A stretch of DNA of 59,056 bases, counting the filler, from Squatina squatina (taxonomy: Eukaryota), in assembly GCA_031763465.1 (NCBI GenBank). It is 3 parts of 3 records of this genome, joined end to end, with 100 filler letters (N's around TTAATTAATTAA, not from the genome) between each part and the next. Parts side by side here need not be neighbours in the genome. Positions count along the whole stretch, not along the records: positions 1 to 24,522 come from JARFOE010000194.1; positions 24,623 to 41,192 come from JARFOE010000019.1; 1 more part is not named here. The stretch is one strand, 5' to 3'. Of the stretch, positions 13,621-25,249 are shown in pieces. The position numbers and the translations under genes were made by a program. The notes under the pieces were generated by a model. That model searched no databases. It worked only from the letters and a program-made list of their open reading frames with translations, and was not told the DNA's origin. Every line of letters starts with the position of its first letter. Position 1 is the first letter of the stretch.

Positions 13621-14070
13621 TTGGTTCACTGGTGGAATTCTCTCCTCGAGTCAGAAGGTTGTGGGTTCAAGCCCCACTCCAAGACTTGACCATATACTTC
13701 AGTGTAGTACTGGGGGAGTGTTGCGCTGTTGGAGGTGGTGTCTTTTGAATGAGACGTTAAACCAAGGCCTTGTCTACCCACTCAGAAAAGAATCATGGAA
13801 TAGTACAGCACAAAAGGAGACCATTCGGCTCATCGAGTCTGCACCGGACATGTGGACATAAAAGTTTCCGTGGCAGTATTTAAAGTGCAGGAAAATTCTC
13901 CTAGTGTCCTGGCTAACATTTATCCCTCAACCAACACTGCCAAATCAGATTATTTGACCATTTATTTTATTCATGCCTATGGGACCTTGCCGTGTGCAAA
14001 TTGGCATTCGCATTTACCTACGTAACAATGACTTCACTTCAATTCAATGGTGGTGAAGCACTTTGGGACA
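13621..14070 (+). mobile_element. Near full-length SacSINE1/DeuSINE-like SINE with nested antisense CR1-type tail (13786-13851)
   Basis: tRNA-like head with B box ggttcaagccc; body collinear with the reverse complement of 40691-41118; insert matches the reverse complement of the tail at ~16490-16540. Confidence 0.85.
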
Positions 14071-14140
14071 ATGTCTTGTTTCACCTTGAGCTGAGCTTCA
14101 AAATTCATCAAGATGACATTCTTCTACCTTTGCAGCACTG

Positions 14141-14285
14141 CTCACCTTTGCCCTTACCTCAACCCCACGCTGCTAGATCCCTAATCCACACTTCAGCCTC
14201 TACCTCACCCCCACCCTGCTGGAACCCTAATCCACACCTCTGCTTTTACCTCACCCCCACCCGGCTGGAACCCTCATCCACATCT
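14141..14285. repeat. Tandem repeat, ~46-bp unit x ~3
   Basis: ccctaatccacacttcagcctctacctcacccccaccctgctggaa is repeated with substitutions. Confidence 0.8.
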
Positions 14286-14574
14286 TTTTCATCTCCTGGC
14301 ATCGGACAAGGGAAATGGCCCTTAAATCTCTTCGCATAAAGCAGGCAAACATCATTCGAGTGTGTGGCGGATCTGGATAAATTCTTTGTGCGGATCCAGA
14401 ACAGAAAGAGAGAGAAGATTTTACACTGGGGAAACCTCCAGGTAAACAGAGCTTGAGGGTTAATTGCGTCCCAGTCTGTTAACCTTTCTCATGCAGCATA
14501 AAGAATGGGTGGGGGTCGGCTGGTACTCAGACTAGTGAATACAGCTTCAGGTAGGTCAGGCTTCCATCAAAAAT

Positions 14575-14745
14575 CGATCATTTGGTCATTTATCTCACTG
14601 CTATCTGTGGGACCTTGTTGTGCGCAAATTGGCTGACATGTTTGCCTGCAAAACAGCAGTAAACACACCTCGAATAATTCATTGGCAGTAAAGCAATTTG
14701 GAATATCCTGGAGGGCTTGAAAGGCACTATAAAATGTGCATTAAT
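14575..14745 (+). mobile_element. 3' half of SacSINE1/DeuSINE-like SINE
   Basis: tggtcatttatctcactgctatctgtgggaccttgttgtgcgcaaattggctg...gaaaggcactataaaatg matches the other copies. Confidence 0.75.
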
Positions 14746-16390
14746 TTTTCCTTTTCTTTAATTGTTCCTATGGTATTACACCCAAGTGAACCTATGTCAC
14801 TATACTGGGGTGCTTAAAACTGTGCAAACATTTCAACTGCAGCTCAAATCCAACATTACTTCCTTGCTTTTGTAACGTATACCTCTCGATACAAGCCAAA
14901 GATTTTATTTGGATTTTTATGGCCTTAATTACTTCTGCTGATACCGTTAATGATCTGCGTCCTCACTCCAATGACCCTCTATGCATCTACTCCATTTAAA
15001 ATTCTAGTATGGAAGGGGTGCTTTCTTTCTCTATTCTTACTCCAAAATGTATTACCATATTTTTCTACATTTGAACTGCATCTTCCACATATCTGCCCAT
15101 CCTGCTTGCCTATGTATGTCCTGTAGCAGTCTCTCCTCCTTTAAGATGCTCCTTAAAACCTATCCCGTTGACCAAGCTTTTGGTCACCTGTCCTAATATC
15201 TCAAGTGGCCTGNNNNNNNNNNNNNNNNNNNNNNNNNNNNNNNNNNNNNNNNNNNNNNNNNNNNNNNNNNNNNNNNNNNNNNNNNNNNNNNNNNNNNNNN
15301 NNNNNNNNNNNNCCCATCACATATGCCATTGTTCTCAGCATTTTCATCTCTTGTCTTGATGACCTTCCCCAAAAGAAATAAATGCAATTGCTTAAGATTA
15401 ATTAAAACAACTAAGAAAGGAAACAATGAAAGGATTGAATAAAGAATGCACATTGCAATCAGCAACTTTAATTGGCCTTCAATTTTAAATTACGAATGTA
15501 TTAAGAATTAACAAGCAAACTTCAAGGATGTCTTTGATCATAGTGTGTGAGTGATGCACACTGGGAGAAGACTGTCACCTTTGTGAGCATCTCAAATACC
15601 AGCTGTCAATCTGGCTCCGTAATTAGGGCCTACATGTAAAATACAAGCTGAGAATTTGATTTTGTTTTGAAAGAAAAGAAAGAATTTGCAGAATGTAACC
15701 TCTCTTATGTTATTCTTTTACATCTGTAATCCTTGGTTATTGTTTTATTCATCTCCTCACTCAGCCTGAAGATTGCTCTGGCACTTGACTGTACAGGTTA
15801 TGCTGTGACTTTTGATCTGCATATTAGGATGCCTGTGCTGATATAGACTCACAGGGAGTGACTTTCACTGCCCGCTGTCTATTTCATGCTGAAATTATGG
15901 GCATTAGGACCCTGAAAAAAGAATGTGAATGACAGTGGAGAGAAAGCAACAAAGGCCATTTTGTTCCCCAATTTTGGGCTGGAACAGGTCGGTAGTGCGC
16001 GGAAGATCACGGCATAGCACTTAACACTCCACTCCCACTGAAGTCCAAACCACCACCATTTTGGTGTGGCCTTTATATCGGCAGCTCAGCCATCTGCCAA
16101 AAACAGATGTGCCTCTTTTACCCATGCAGATTGTGGTCCTATGACGTACAGGAGATGTCCACTGAACAGTCTTTACCACCACAGACCAGCACAGAGCGTG
16201 GAAAGAAAAGGACAGCACCTGCAACTGGTTCAGAGAATATTCAACAGATGGCTATTTCCTATGAGGGCTGTCTCCTGTGGCTCAGGATAANNNNNNNNNN
16301 NNNNNNNNNNNNNNNNNNNNNNNNNNNNNNNNNNNNNNNNNNNNNNNNNNNNNNNNNNNNNNNNNNNNNNNNNNNNNNNNNNNNNNNNNN

Positions 16391-16540
16391 AGGGGAATGG
16401 ATAAATACTTGAAGAAAAAATTGCAGGGATATGGGGAAAGAGTGGGGAAATGTAACTAACTAGATTGCCCTTCGAAAGAGCCAGCGTGGACTAGATGGGC
16501 TGAATGGCCTCCTTCTGTGCTGTACTATTCTATGATTCTA
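16391..16540 (+). mobile_element. CR1-type LINE 3' end with short-repeat tail
   Basis: ggataaatacttgaag...gggctgaatggcctccttctgtgctgtactattctatgattcta; the same tail occurs at ~32990-33036. Confidence 0.8.
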
Positions 16541-18667
16541 CTTTGCTAGCCTTCAAGCAAGGGGTTGAATTCTATGTTGTTCCATTACTTTCCCTCATAT
16601 TCTATTTCCTGCCTCAGCATTAATCTTACTAACCACTATTTTTTGCCAGCTAACTTTTTGTCTTAACACAAGCATTAGTACAGCTGAAATATATACTTAA
16701 AATAATATTTACAGCCTTTATAAATGCTTCAATAATTTTTACCCCACATGTGGTCATTTATCCATAAATGGCTGCATCTCTTTAAATTGTGTCTGCAGCT
16801 CGTTAAGAGTTGATCATACACAATTTCCCAGCCCTCTCCCCTCTTTGGTGAATTCCCAGTGTGAGACTCAATATGAATTTAACATTGAGACTGGCAAACA
16901 TACTCTCATATAAACAAAGTTGCAGTGATTACTGCCATTATCCCTAAGAAGTTCCTTCCATGCTCCATTTACAGTATATGTGGAATATGTTAACATAAGC
17001 TATTCGACAGTAAACTGAGCTTCTCTGAGTTCTGCAGCTGGTGTAGGTGCTAAACTAACGAATCTACATAAAATGTCTGCTTTATAAACATTTACTGAAT
17101 GTACACATCAGGATACATACCTGTGCTATAATCTTGACCTCCACTGCTTTAGAAGAGCACCCTTGTTTATAACTAATCTCAGGGGTGATCAGGGGTGATT
17201 TGAATTGCAATCACAACTGTGTTTGCAGTTTGCTGCTAAACCTGGAGGTAATCCAGGGGTAAAATGCTAATGATAAGGAGGACTTTCAGATTTAAAATGT
17301 GCAACATTACTGGTGCATTCCACTCTTTAAAAAGTGTTGATTTTCAAAACTGATGTCATTTTTCACCAGAACATTTCTGAGGGCTTCAAAAACAACATGA
17401 ATTAGATTTCAACGTTGCAACTCTGTATAGCAATTGTGCAGCTTCTCACTGACCATTAAGATTCTCTACATGTTGTCAGTCATGATGTGTGGTGCTTACT
17501 GTGTATTCTGGAAACCAGGCAACCAGTATTGGAAAATCAATAGATGGACTTAAAGGGAAATAGTTTTTTCTTCCTTAGGCCAAGAGGGTTAAATAACNNN
17601 NNNNNNNNNNNNNNNNNNNNNNNNNNNNNNNNNNNNNNNNNNNNNNNNNNNNNNNNNNNNNNNNNNNNNNNNNNNNNNNNNNNNNNNNNNNNNNNNNNNN
17701 NNNNNNNNNNNNNNNNNNNNNNNNNNNNNNNNNNNNNNNNNNNNNNNNNNNNNNNNNNNNNNNNNNNNNNNNNNNNNNNNNNNNNNNNNNNNNNNNNNNN
17801 NNNNNNNNNNNNNNNNNNNNNNNNNNNNNNNNNNNNNNNNNNNNNNNNNNNNNNNNNNNNNNNNNNNNNNNNNNNNNNNNNNNNNNNNNNNNNNNNNNNN
17901 NNNNNNNNNNNNNNNNNNNNNNNNNNNNNNNNNNNNNNNNNNNNNNNNNNNNNNNNNNNNNNNNNNNNNNNNNNNNNNNNNNNNNNNNNNNNNNNNNNNN
18001 NNNNNNNNNNNNNNNNNNNNNNNNNNNNNNNNNNNNNNNNNNNNNNNNNNNNNNNNNNNNNNNNNNNNNNNNNNNNNNNNNNNNNNNNNNNNNNNNNNNN
18101 NNNNNNNNNNNNNNNNNNNNNNNNNNNNNNNNNNNNNNNNNNNNNNNNNNNNNNNNNNNNNNNNNNNNNNNNNNNNNNNNNNNNNNNNNNNNNNNNNNNN
18201 NNNNNNNNNNNNNNNNNNNNNNNNNNNNNNNNNNNNNNNNNNNNNNNNNNNNNNNNNNNNNNNNNNNNNNNNNNNNNNNNNNNNNNNNNNNNNNNNNNNN
18301 NNNNNNNNNNNNNNNNNNNNNNNNNNNNNNNNNNNNNNNNNNNNNNNNNNNNNNNNNNNNNNNNNNNNNNNNNNNNNNNNNNNNNNNNNNNNNNNNNNNN
18401 NNNNNNNNNNNNNNNNNNNNNNNNNNNNNNNNNNNNNNNNNNNNNNNNNNNNNNNNNNNNNNNNNNNNNNNNNNNNNNNNNNNNNNNNNNNNNNNNNNNN
18501 NNNNNNNNNNNNNNNNNNNNNNNNNNNNNNNNNNNNNNNNNNNNNNNNNNNNNNNNNNNNNNNNNNNNNNNNTGAGACTCCAGTCAGAAAATTACCTTTA
18601 GGGTATATGTAGAGTACCACACAAGGCTTGATCCTGTTGAACATAGCAAAGTATATAAATTTGTCAA

Positions 18668-19020
18668 GGCTCTGGTGATGGCCTAGTGACTAAATGCATA
18701 ATACCTTGCAGGCCAGATAGATCATAGTTCAAGGTGTTAATCTGTTCTAAGTTGGAAGATCTTAGACCTAGCTTTTGTGGCACATTACAATAGGTCTCGC
18801 TGTTCATAATCTGTTCAAGGTGAAAATCATCCAGGGTTCCCACTCCTAATTAATATCCAGTGATCCCTGCTGGTAAGATGCTGTATTGATATTAGGCGAG
18901 GGCAGAATCATGCGTTGCGCTACCCCTTCCGCCCCATCAAACATATTGGTGACACTAACTGTCTCAACTCACATGAAGAGTGGGCAAGGGCGAAGTACTA
19001 GATGGCTACTGGCATCTGTG
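18668..19020 (+). mobile_element. Old, diverged interspersed repeat (probable second tRNA-SINE family)
   Basis: Collinear similarity to 35560-35830 (ttacaat, ccctgctgg, ctcacatga, agatgg blocks); related pieces at ~7740-7850 and ~19850-20040 (minus). Confidence 0.55.
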
Positions 19021-21226
19021 AAACTGTATAGTGGAGGTGAAACCATCAGGAGTTGCGAAAACTGCCAGGGAGCCAACATTATCAATGAGGGTGTACAAGC
19101 CCTAAATAAAGAGATAAATGAAATGAATGCAATTACCATAGGAAAGCTTGGCACAACCCAACAGCTAATGTCAGTACCCATTGGATAGCGGAAGTGCTTC
19201 AGTTTGGCATGAAATCCTGCAAAATTTCAAACAGTAATTTGCTGTCTAGAGTAATGAAAGTTGGTGTAAACAGTCCTGGAGACAGTGAAGATACTGGTGT
19301 CTGGATGACTCTCAGTGGATGACAAAGCATTGGCTGCAACAAATCACTTGCCGATCCAGTGATCCATGAGCTGTCGAACAAATTCCAAATCTTGCCAATT
19401 TTGTGAACTTCATATATGTCATTATTTATTCAGTCTGTGCCATGGCCTTTGAAATCCAAAACAAAAACTAAGAAAATGTTTCAAACTTCTTTCAAAATAT
19501 TAGAATACGCCTAAGTGCTGCTGCAAATAAATGACTAATTATCACTGAAGTATGTGCTAGCTTCATCAGATCATTAGATAGCCCTAGNNNNNNNNNNNNN
19601 NNNNNNNNNNNNNNNNNNNNNNNNNNNNNNNNNNNNNNNNNNNNNNNNNNNNNNNNNNNNNNNNNNNNNNNNNNNNNNNNNNNNNNNCTTCGCTACACTC
19701 CTTCAATAGCAAGAATGTCCTTCCTCAGATTAGGAGACCAAAACTGCACACAATTCTTCATGTATGAGTCACGGCAATGTTATTTAATTGGTTATTTAAT
19801 TGGCATGGGTATCACAGCTACTCTCAATATACACCTCATCTTGCATCCATCTGCACAGTTTCCCTGGTTAGTGAGTAGGTGCGGGAAACAATTAGTGATT
19901 TTTTCCTTACTCCTCTCTCGGAATACAGATGTTAGTTGTGACAATTCCCAGCTGAAATGAGCTAACCTAATACAGACCAGGAATTGAAATTGGGACTCTC
20001 CTGGTCGGTATCATATTATGTGCTGCACTGAGCCATCACGGGAGACCTGGACCAAGATAGACAGAAGTATTATACTTTGAAATGATGATATTCTAACCCA
20101 GTAAAACAGAGAAATTATCTTTGTCATTAGAATTACAAATTTTAGTTGAAGAAGGTGTAGGAAAGGAATATTTAAATGGAATATGTTTCTTCCATTTTTA
20201 AAAATTTCAGTTAATTGCTATGCTTGATTTGATTTATAGTATAATTCTAATGCTTGGTGAATTTTTCAAAATGATTAAAAGTCATGTCTAACTATTAGAG
20301 CGCTGAAGCAATTATCTATAATGAGATGTGCTTCGAATCATCCCTTTTGACACCTACATATTCTTGATTTTATAGTAAATATCAAGTTGGACTATTTCCA
20401 GTCAGAATGCCTGAAGTCCCTGGCCTAGAAACTTGCCTCAGGTGGTAGCGAAAACGAGCAGCATTCGATCGGCTGCCCATTACATGCAGCACCTGATATT
20501 CAGATCAATTGACTNNNNNNNNNNNNNNNNNNNNNNNNNNNNNNNNNNNNNNNNNNNNNNNNNNNNNNNNNNNNNNNNNNNNNNNNNNNNNNNNNNNNNN
20601 NNNNNNNNNNNNNNCCACCATTAAGTTAACTAGCCGCGTGTTTAGCGCTCCAATCATTTAAATGAGCAAGCAGCACAAATTTTGTATGCTGCCCACACTT
20701 TGATTGTGCGTGGGCACATTGCTGTTTGCGCTCCCTGTGCCCTTTTTTTTAAGCTTTATCCAATTTCACCCTCTATATCTTCTGGCATTGTAGCTTCAGC
20801 CAATCACAAGCTACCCACCATGTTGGCAGGAGGTTCATTGTATGAGGTAATTGTTGTGCATTTTTATCAAATCACCACAGCTCTCAGTCTATTTCCAGCC
20901 TTATAAGAAATACACATGTCTACTCATTATTGCTGTTCAGCTTGAGATCTTTATATTGCACTGCTGTGTACTTAAGTATTAACTTTGGTTTATGGAACTA
21001 CAGAAATGGCTCTCTGCCAGAGCTACAGACTGTGCTTGAAGTCATTAAGATAGCAGAACACCATTAAGAAAGTCATGGATTCAATCATGCCCTCAAGAGC
21101 ATGTTCATCTAAATATATTTATTTTATTTTCGGTGGATTAACACCTCAGTTGAAACAGCAGGCTAAGAAATTTTACATGAATGTGTTCAATGTGTATATG
21201 TTACTCTTTGAACCATATTATTTCAT

Positions 21227-21404
21227 GGTCTATTTTGACCTTGTGTGATAGTGTAAAGCCGGTGATAGTGAGTCGGCAGCCCGTTGTACATCTCTCCTGA
21301 TTAAAGTCAGTGGAAATAAGAATAGGGAGAGATATGAAACAGACTGCCGAGTCCTGACTCACTGTCACCCATTTTACATTATTGCACAAAGTTAAATTGC
21401 TCCC
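21227..21404. mobile_element. Palindromic MITE (~180 bp)
   Basis: Left arm attttgaccttgtgtgatagtgtaaagccggtgatagtgagtcggcagcccgttgtacatctctcc is an imperfect reverse complement of right arm ggagagatatgaaacagactgccga...ctcactgtcacccattttacattattgcacaaagttaaatt. Confidence 0.8.
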
Positions 21405-22339
21405 AATATGCGCTCCAGTGTAGATCCATGAAATGATCTTTAATATCCTAAGGAGACCTTGCTTCCTTTCATTCTTCTTGTCTTCCAAAAGGAGAAAGAG
21501 TGCTGTGCTTAAACAGGTGTTTCATGATTTAGCACACTGTTGAACTACACATTTGCACATTTTTAAAAATAGGACTAATTTAGTCAAACTTTACAAGGCA
21601 TTTGTGCAAGGAAGCATTTAATAGCTTCCATTCAATACCCTGATAATTGCACCAATCCACCAAAACATATTGCAAGTAAATATGTAATCAAACGAATCTG
21701 TAAATTGAAATCTGTATAGAATCTAATATTACGAATTAAACTAAATTATCTTGTCATGTATTAGTGTACACAGAAATATTTTATGTACACAATTGTTCAT
21801 TTTATTAGGTGCTGTTGAAATTTGCAGATTGTAATCATAAAGTGATCATTTACTTGAGTATATCATTTCCTAGGTTAGTTAAAACATTGATCATNNNNNN
21901 NNNNNNNNNNNNNNNNNNNNNNNNNNNNNNNNNNNNNNNNNNNNNNNNNNNNNNNNNNNNNNNNNNNNNNNNNNNNNNNNNNNNNNNNNNNNNNCTACTA
22001 GTGGTCATGGTTCCCTGCCAGGAACACATGTGGAAAACCTCCCCTTTTAAGCGGAGAAATGACTACCAGCGATATGAATGGATGAATGCTTCACAAAATC
22101 ATATGACATTTTTCTCTCTGTCATTCACTGGAGGTGGTAATACATTTAAATTAAACTGCCTAATATCCTGCATTAAAATGCATACTTCAAAAAAAATCCT
22201 AAATGCATTAAGCATTTGCACGCTATTATTGGCTAAAATTACTATAATATTTGGTGAAGTTTGACAAGTATAGCTTCACAATGTGGTAATAATTTTTTTC
22301 AGTGCTGCTCTCCACATGTGGATTTGTGTTGTTTTCCAG

Positions 22340-22460
22340 ATGCTCCCACTATTAAATATGCTCAGAGTGCAGACGTTGCAGTGGGGCGTTCTGGGGTGCT
22401 GCACTGTAAGGTTTCGGCTGTCCCACCAGCAGATTTTGAGTGGTACAAGGACGACAAGCG
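22340..22460 (+). CDS. IgLON-family neural adhesion molecule, exon for first half of Ig3
   Basis: 121-bp exon, gttttccag|AT ... CG|gtgagt, phase 1 to 2. Encodes (Y)APTIKYAQSADVAVGRSGVLHCKVSAVPPADFEWYKDDKR, typical of Ig3 in LSAMP/NEGR1/NTM/OPCML/IGLON5. Confidence 0.93.
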
Positions 22461-24293
22461 GTGAGTGTTGCAACAAAGTATAACATTTAAACGTCAACCA
22501 GGACAAGTTCCACATGGAGATGACTAGCCAAAATTAAGATGCATGGAATCGGAGATAACCTCGTGTATATAGTACACCAGATTTGAACAAAGACGTTTGA
22601 TGGGCATTATGCCGGACAAAACAAACATAACGATACTTTGGAATCATCTTATTTGCCAAGAAGAAGAACCAAATAAATTATAACAAACTTTAGTAACTAT
22701 GGAATTTCTATTAAGTAAGTTTGGGTGAGCAAATTATCCTGATTCAGCAACTTATTCCAGGGACGGGCAGCAAGGATGTGTGCTTTGCCAACAACCTTCA
22801 CCAATCTGTTATAAAACAAGCTTCGAAAATACAAAAGCAAAACGCTGGACACTCTAGCAAGGCAAATCTATTACTCTGTCAGTAGAAAAAAACATCCAGT
22901 CATACTGACACATACTGGGACAAACATCTGCGGACTGCCATGCCAACACTTGCACTGGTATCGCACCCACCATCTCATTTGCATGGGACCAGAAGGCACC
23001 GGTGCCACGAATGACTCCTCTCACAAAATTGTCTGTGCCATGCTGTCAGAAACTCTGGCATCCTCCAGTTATCCTGGGAGAGGCTGGGGGCAGGGGGTGG
23101 GGTTTATATGTCAACATCTATAGGACTCTGCTATTTTCTGGCTTGGAACACCAATTGGGTCCACTTCTAACCTTCTGGAGGCTGGGAGACCTCATCTGAC
23201 TGGGNNNNNNNNNNNNNNNNNNNNNNNNNNNNNNNNNNNNNNNNNNNNNNNNNNNNNNNNNNNNNNNNNNNNNNNNNNNNNNNNNNNNNNNNNNNNNNNN
23301 NNNNNNNNNNNNNNNNNNNNNNNNNNNNNNNNNNNNNNNNNNNNNNNNNNNNNNNNNNNNNNNNNNNNNNNNNNNNNNNNNNNNNNNNNNNNNNNNNNNN
23401 NNNNNNNNNNNNNNNNNNNNNNNNNNNNNNNNNNNNNNNNNNNNNNNNNNNNNNNNNNNNNNNNNNNNNNNNNNNNNNNNNNNNNNNNNNNNNNNNNNNN
23501 NNNNNNNNNNNNNNNNNNNNNNNNNNNNNNNNNNNNNNNNNNNNNNNNNNNNNNNNNNNNNNNNNNNNNNNNNNNNNNNNNNNNNNNNNNNNNNNNNNNN
23601 NNNNNNNNNNNNNNNNNNNNNNNNNNNNNNNNNNNNNNNNNNNNNNNNNNNNNNNNNNNNNNNNNNNNNNNNNNNNNNNNNNNNNNNNNNNNNNNNNNNN
23701 NNNNNNNNNGCCCCCACTCCATAGACTGATGTGTTTATTTATTTTGCCATTATTTCTCTGTGTATCATCCTCCATCAGTGTCTGCACTTGAACTGTCATC
23801 TACCAGCCCTTGCTTTGTATTGTAACATCTAGTTTCTGTATGTTTCCTGCCTCCATCCGTCATTTCTAAATCAGCTCTGTTTGCTACTTCCTCCTGCCTT
23901 AATATAATGAAAAATACAATATGAGAACATTTGCCCATATAGCAAGAGTCACTGCGATTCATAAAGTAATCAATTCTATAAAATCATCTGAGCTGTTTGA
24001 ATGTGATAACGACCTATGTAAAACCAATCAATTATTGAAAAAGGGTTGCTACAAGATTAACACTCTCCACTTATTCACTCACATGTATAGGATGTACCAT
24101 CACAGATGAACATATGGTTTGTAATTTTTTATACATAATCTATATATGAAAACATGATACCATTCTGACTATTATAGAAATCCAGAATTGGGGTTCCTGA
24201 ATATGAAGTGCTTTAGATGCCAAGAAGGGCTATTCCATTCATATTAGTTTTGGATTGGTAATTTACGACGTTTTCTCTTTCTACTCTTGTCAG

Positions 24294-24445
24294 GATATAT
24301 AACAGCTCACAAGGCATCCAGATCCAGAACTTGGACAGTCGGTCTAGTCTCATCGTCACCAATGCCACGGAGGATCACTATGGCAACTATACATGCGTGG
24401 CAGGCAACAAGCTTGGAATCACCAATGCAAGCATATTTCTATACA
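24294..24445 (+). CDS. IgLON-family exon for second half of Ig3
   Basis: 152-bp exon, ctactcttgtcag|G ... ACA|gtaagg, phase-compatible with 22340-22460. Encodes IYNSSQGIQIQNLDSRSSLIVTNATEDHYGNYTCVAGNKLGITNASIFLY with the HYGNYTCVAxNKLGxTNAS signature. Confidence 0.95.
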
Positions 24446-24522
24446 GTAAGGACTCTCCTGAATAGTCAATATCTGGAAAGTTTTAATTCTTGGTTAGACT
24501 TGTTTAAATGACATCTTAAAAC

Positions 24523-24622
24523 NNNNNNNNNNNNNNNNNNNNNNNNNNNNNNNNNNNNNNNNNNNNTTAATTAATTAANNNNNNNNNNNNNNNNNNNNNN
24601 NNNNNNNNNNNNNNNNNNNNNN
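24523..24622. other. Artificial scaffold linker N44-TTAATTAATTAA-N44
   Basis: 12-mer giving stops in all six frames at 24567-24578, centred in exactly 100 positions; repeated at 41193-41292. Confidence 0.95.
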
Positions 24623-25249
24623 GTACGTGAGCTTAGGGTGTGCGGTTGCTGAACACCGAAATGAATCAGCCGTTTTGGCTCAGCCACAGGAGGCCAGGGC
24701 TTGATCTGTCGAAATGGGAAGACAAACATCCAACTTGGGCTAAAGCCAGGCTCTCCTTTCTACACTGTGCCCACAGATCAGGAGCCCTGCGTTGGGCCAA
24801 GTTCATGATTTACGGTTTGCCTGCAAACACAAGAAGAGGAGGGCTGGGCAGCTTGAGTTTCTGATGGGGAACGGTGTGAGATTAGAAGATGGGGCTCCTG
24901 CTTGCTTGAGCTCTGCCTTTTGTTGAGGATGAGAATGGAATGGATATCAAACGCAGAAGAGTTTATAGCCGCTGGTGTCCGTTTACTGCCTGATGCGGTG
25001 CATGTCCTCTGATCATGACCTGTAACCTCTCCCTTTCTACTGTATTTATTTTGAATTGCTTTATTAGAGAGAAACCTAACACAGGTAGAAATGACTCGAT
25101 CTCGTTCCCTGGAGGAGGAACTGACACCCCGTTTAACAACCGTATCGCAGCTATTTTTTTGGGCTGACGCTTTTTTAGAATGAATTTCTTTAACACTTTT
25201 GGTAACAGTTGATAATGTCCACTTAGAGCTGCAACACTAAATATTTTTC

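Noticed and set aside
16021-16290. Overlapping ORFs as a further SIGIRR exon
   Set aside because: From the minus-strand acceptor two frames stop early, and the open frame lacks Ig, transmembrane or TIR features.
17544-18644. Long ORFs of about 170-350 aa (also 23118-23799, 33082-33822, 53389-54345)
   Set aside because: Their length depends on reading through runs of N, and the known parts show no recognisable protein.
18886-19188. 100-aa ORF
   Set aside because: It starts inside an old repeat and has no domain motif or clear splice boundaries.
24567-24578. TTAATTAATTAA as a biological motif (also 41237-41248)
   Set aside because: It is centred in exactly 44 N on each side, twice, which marks it as an artificial linker.
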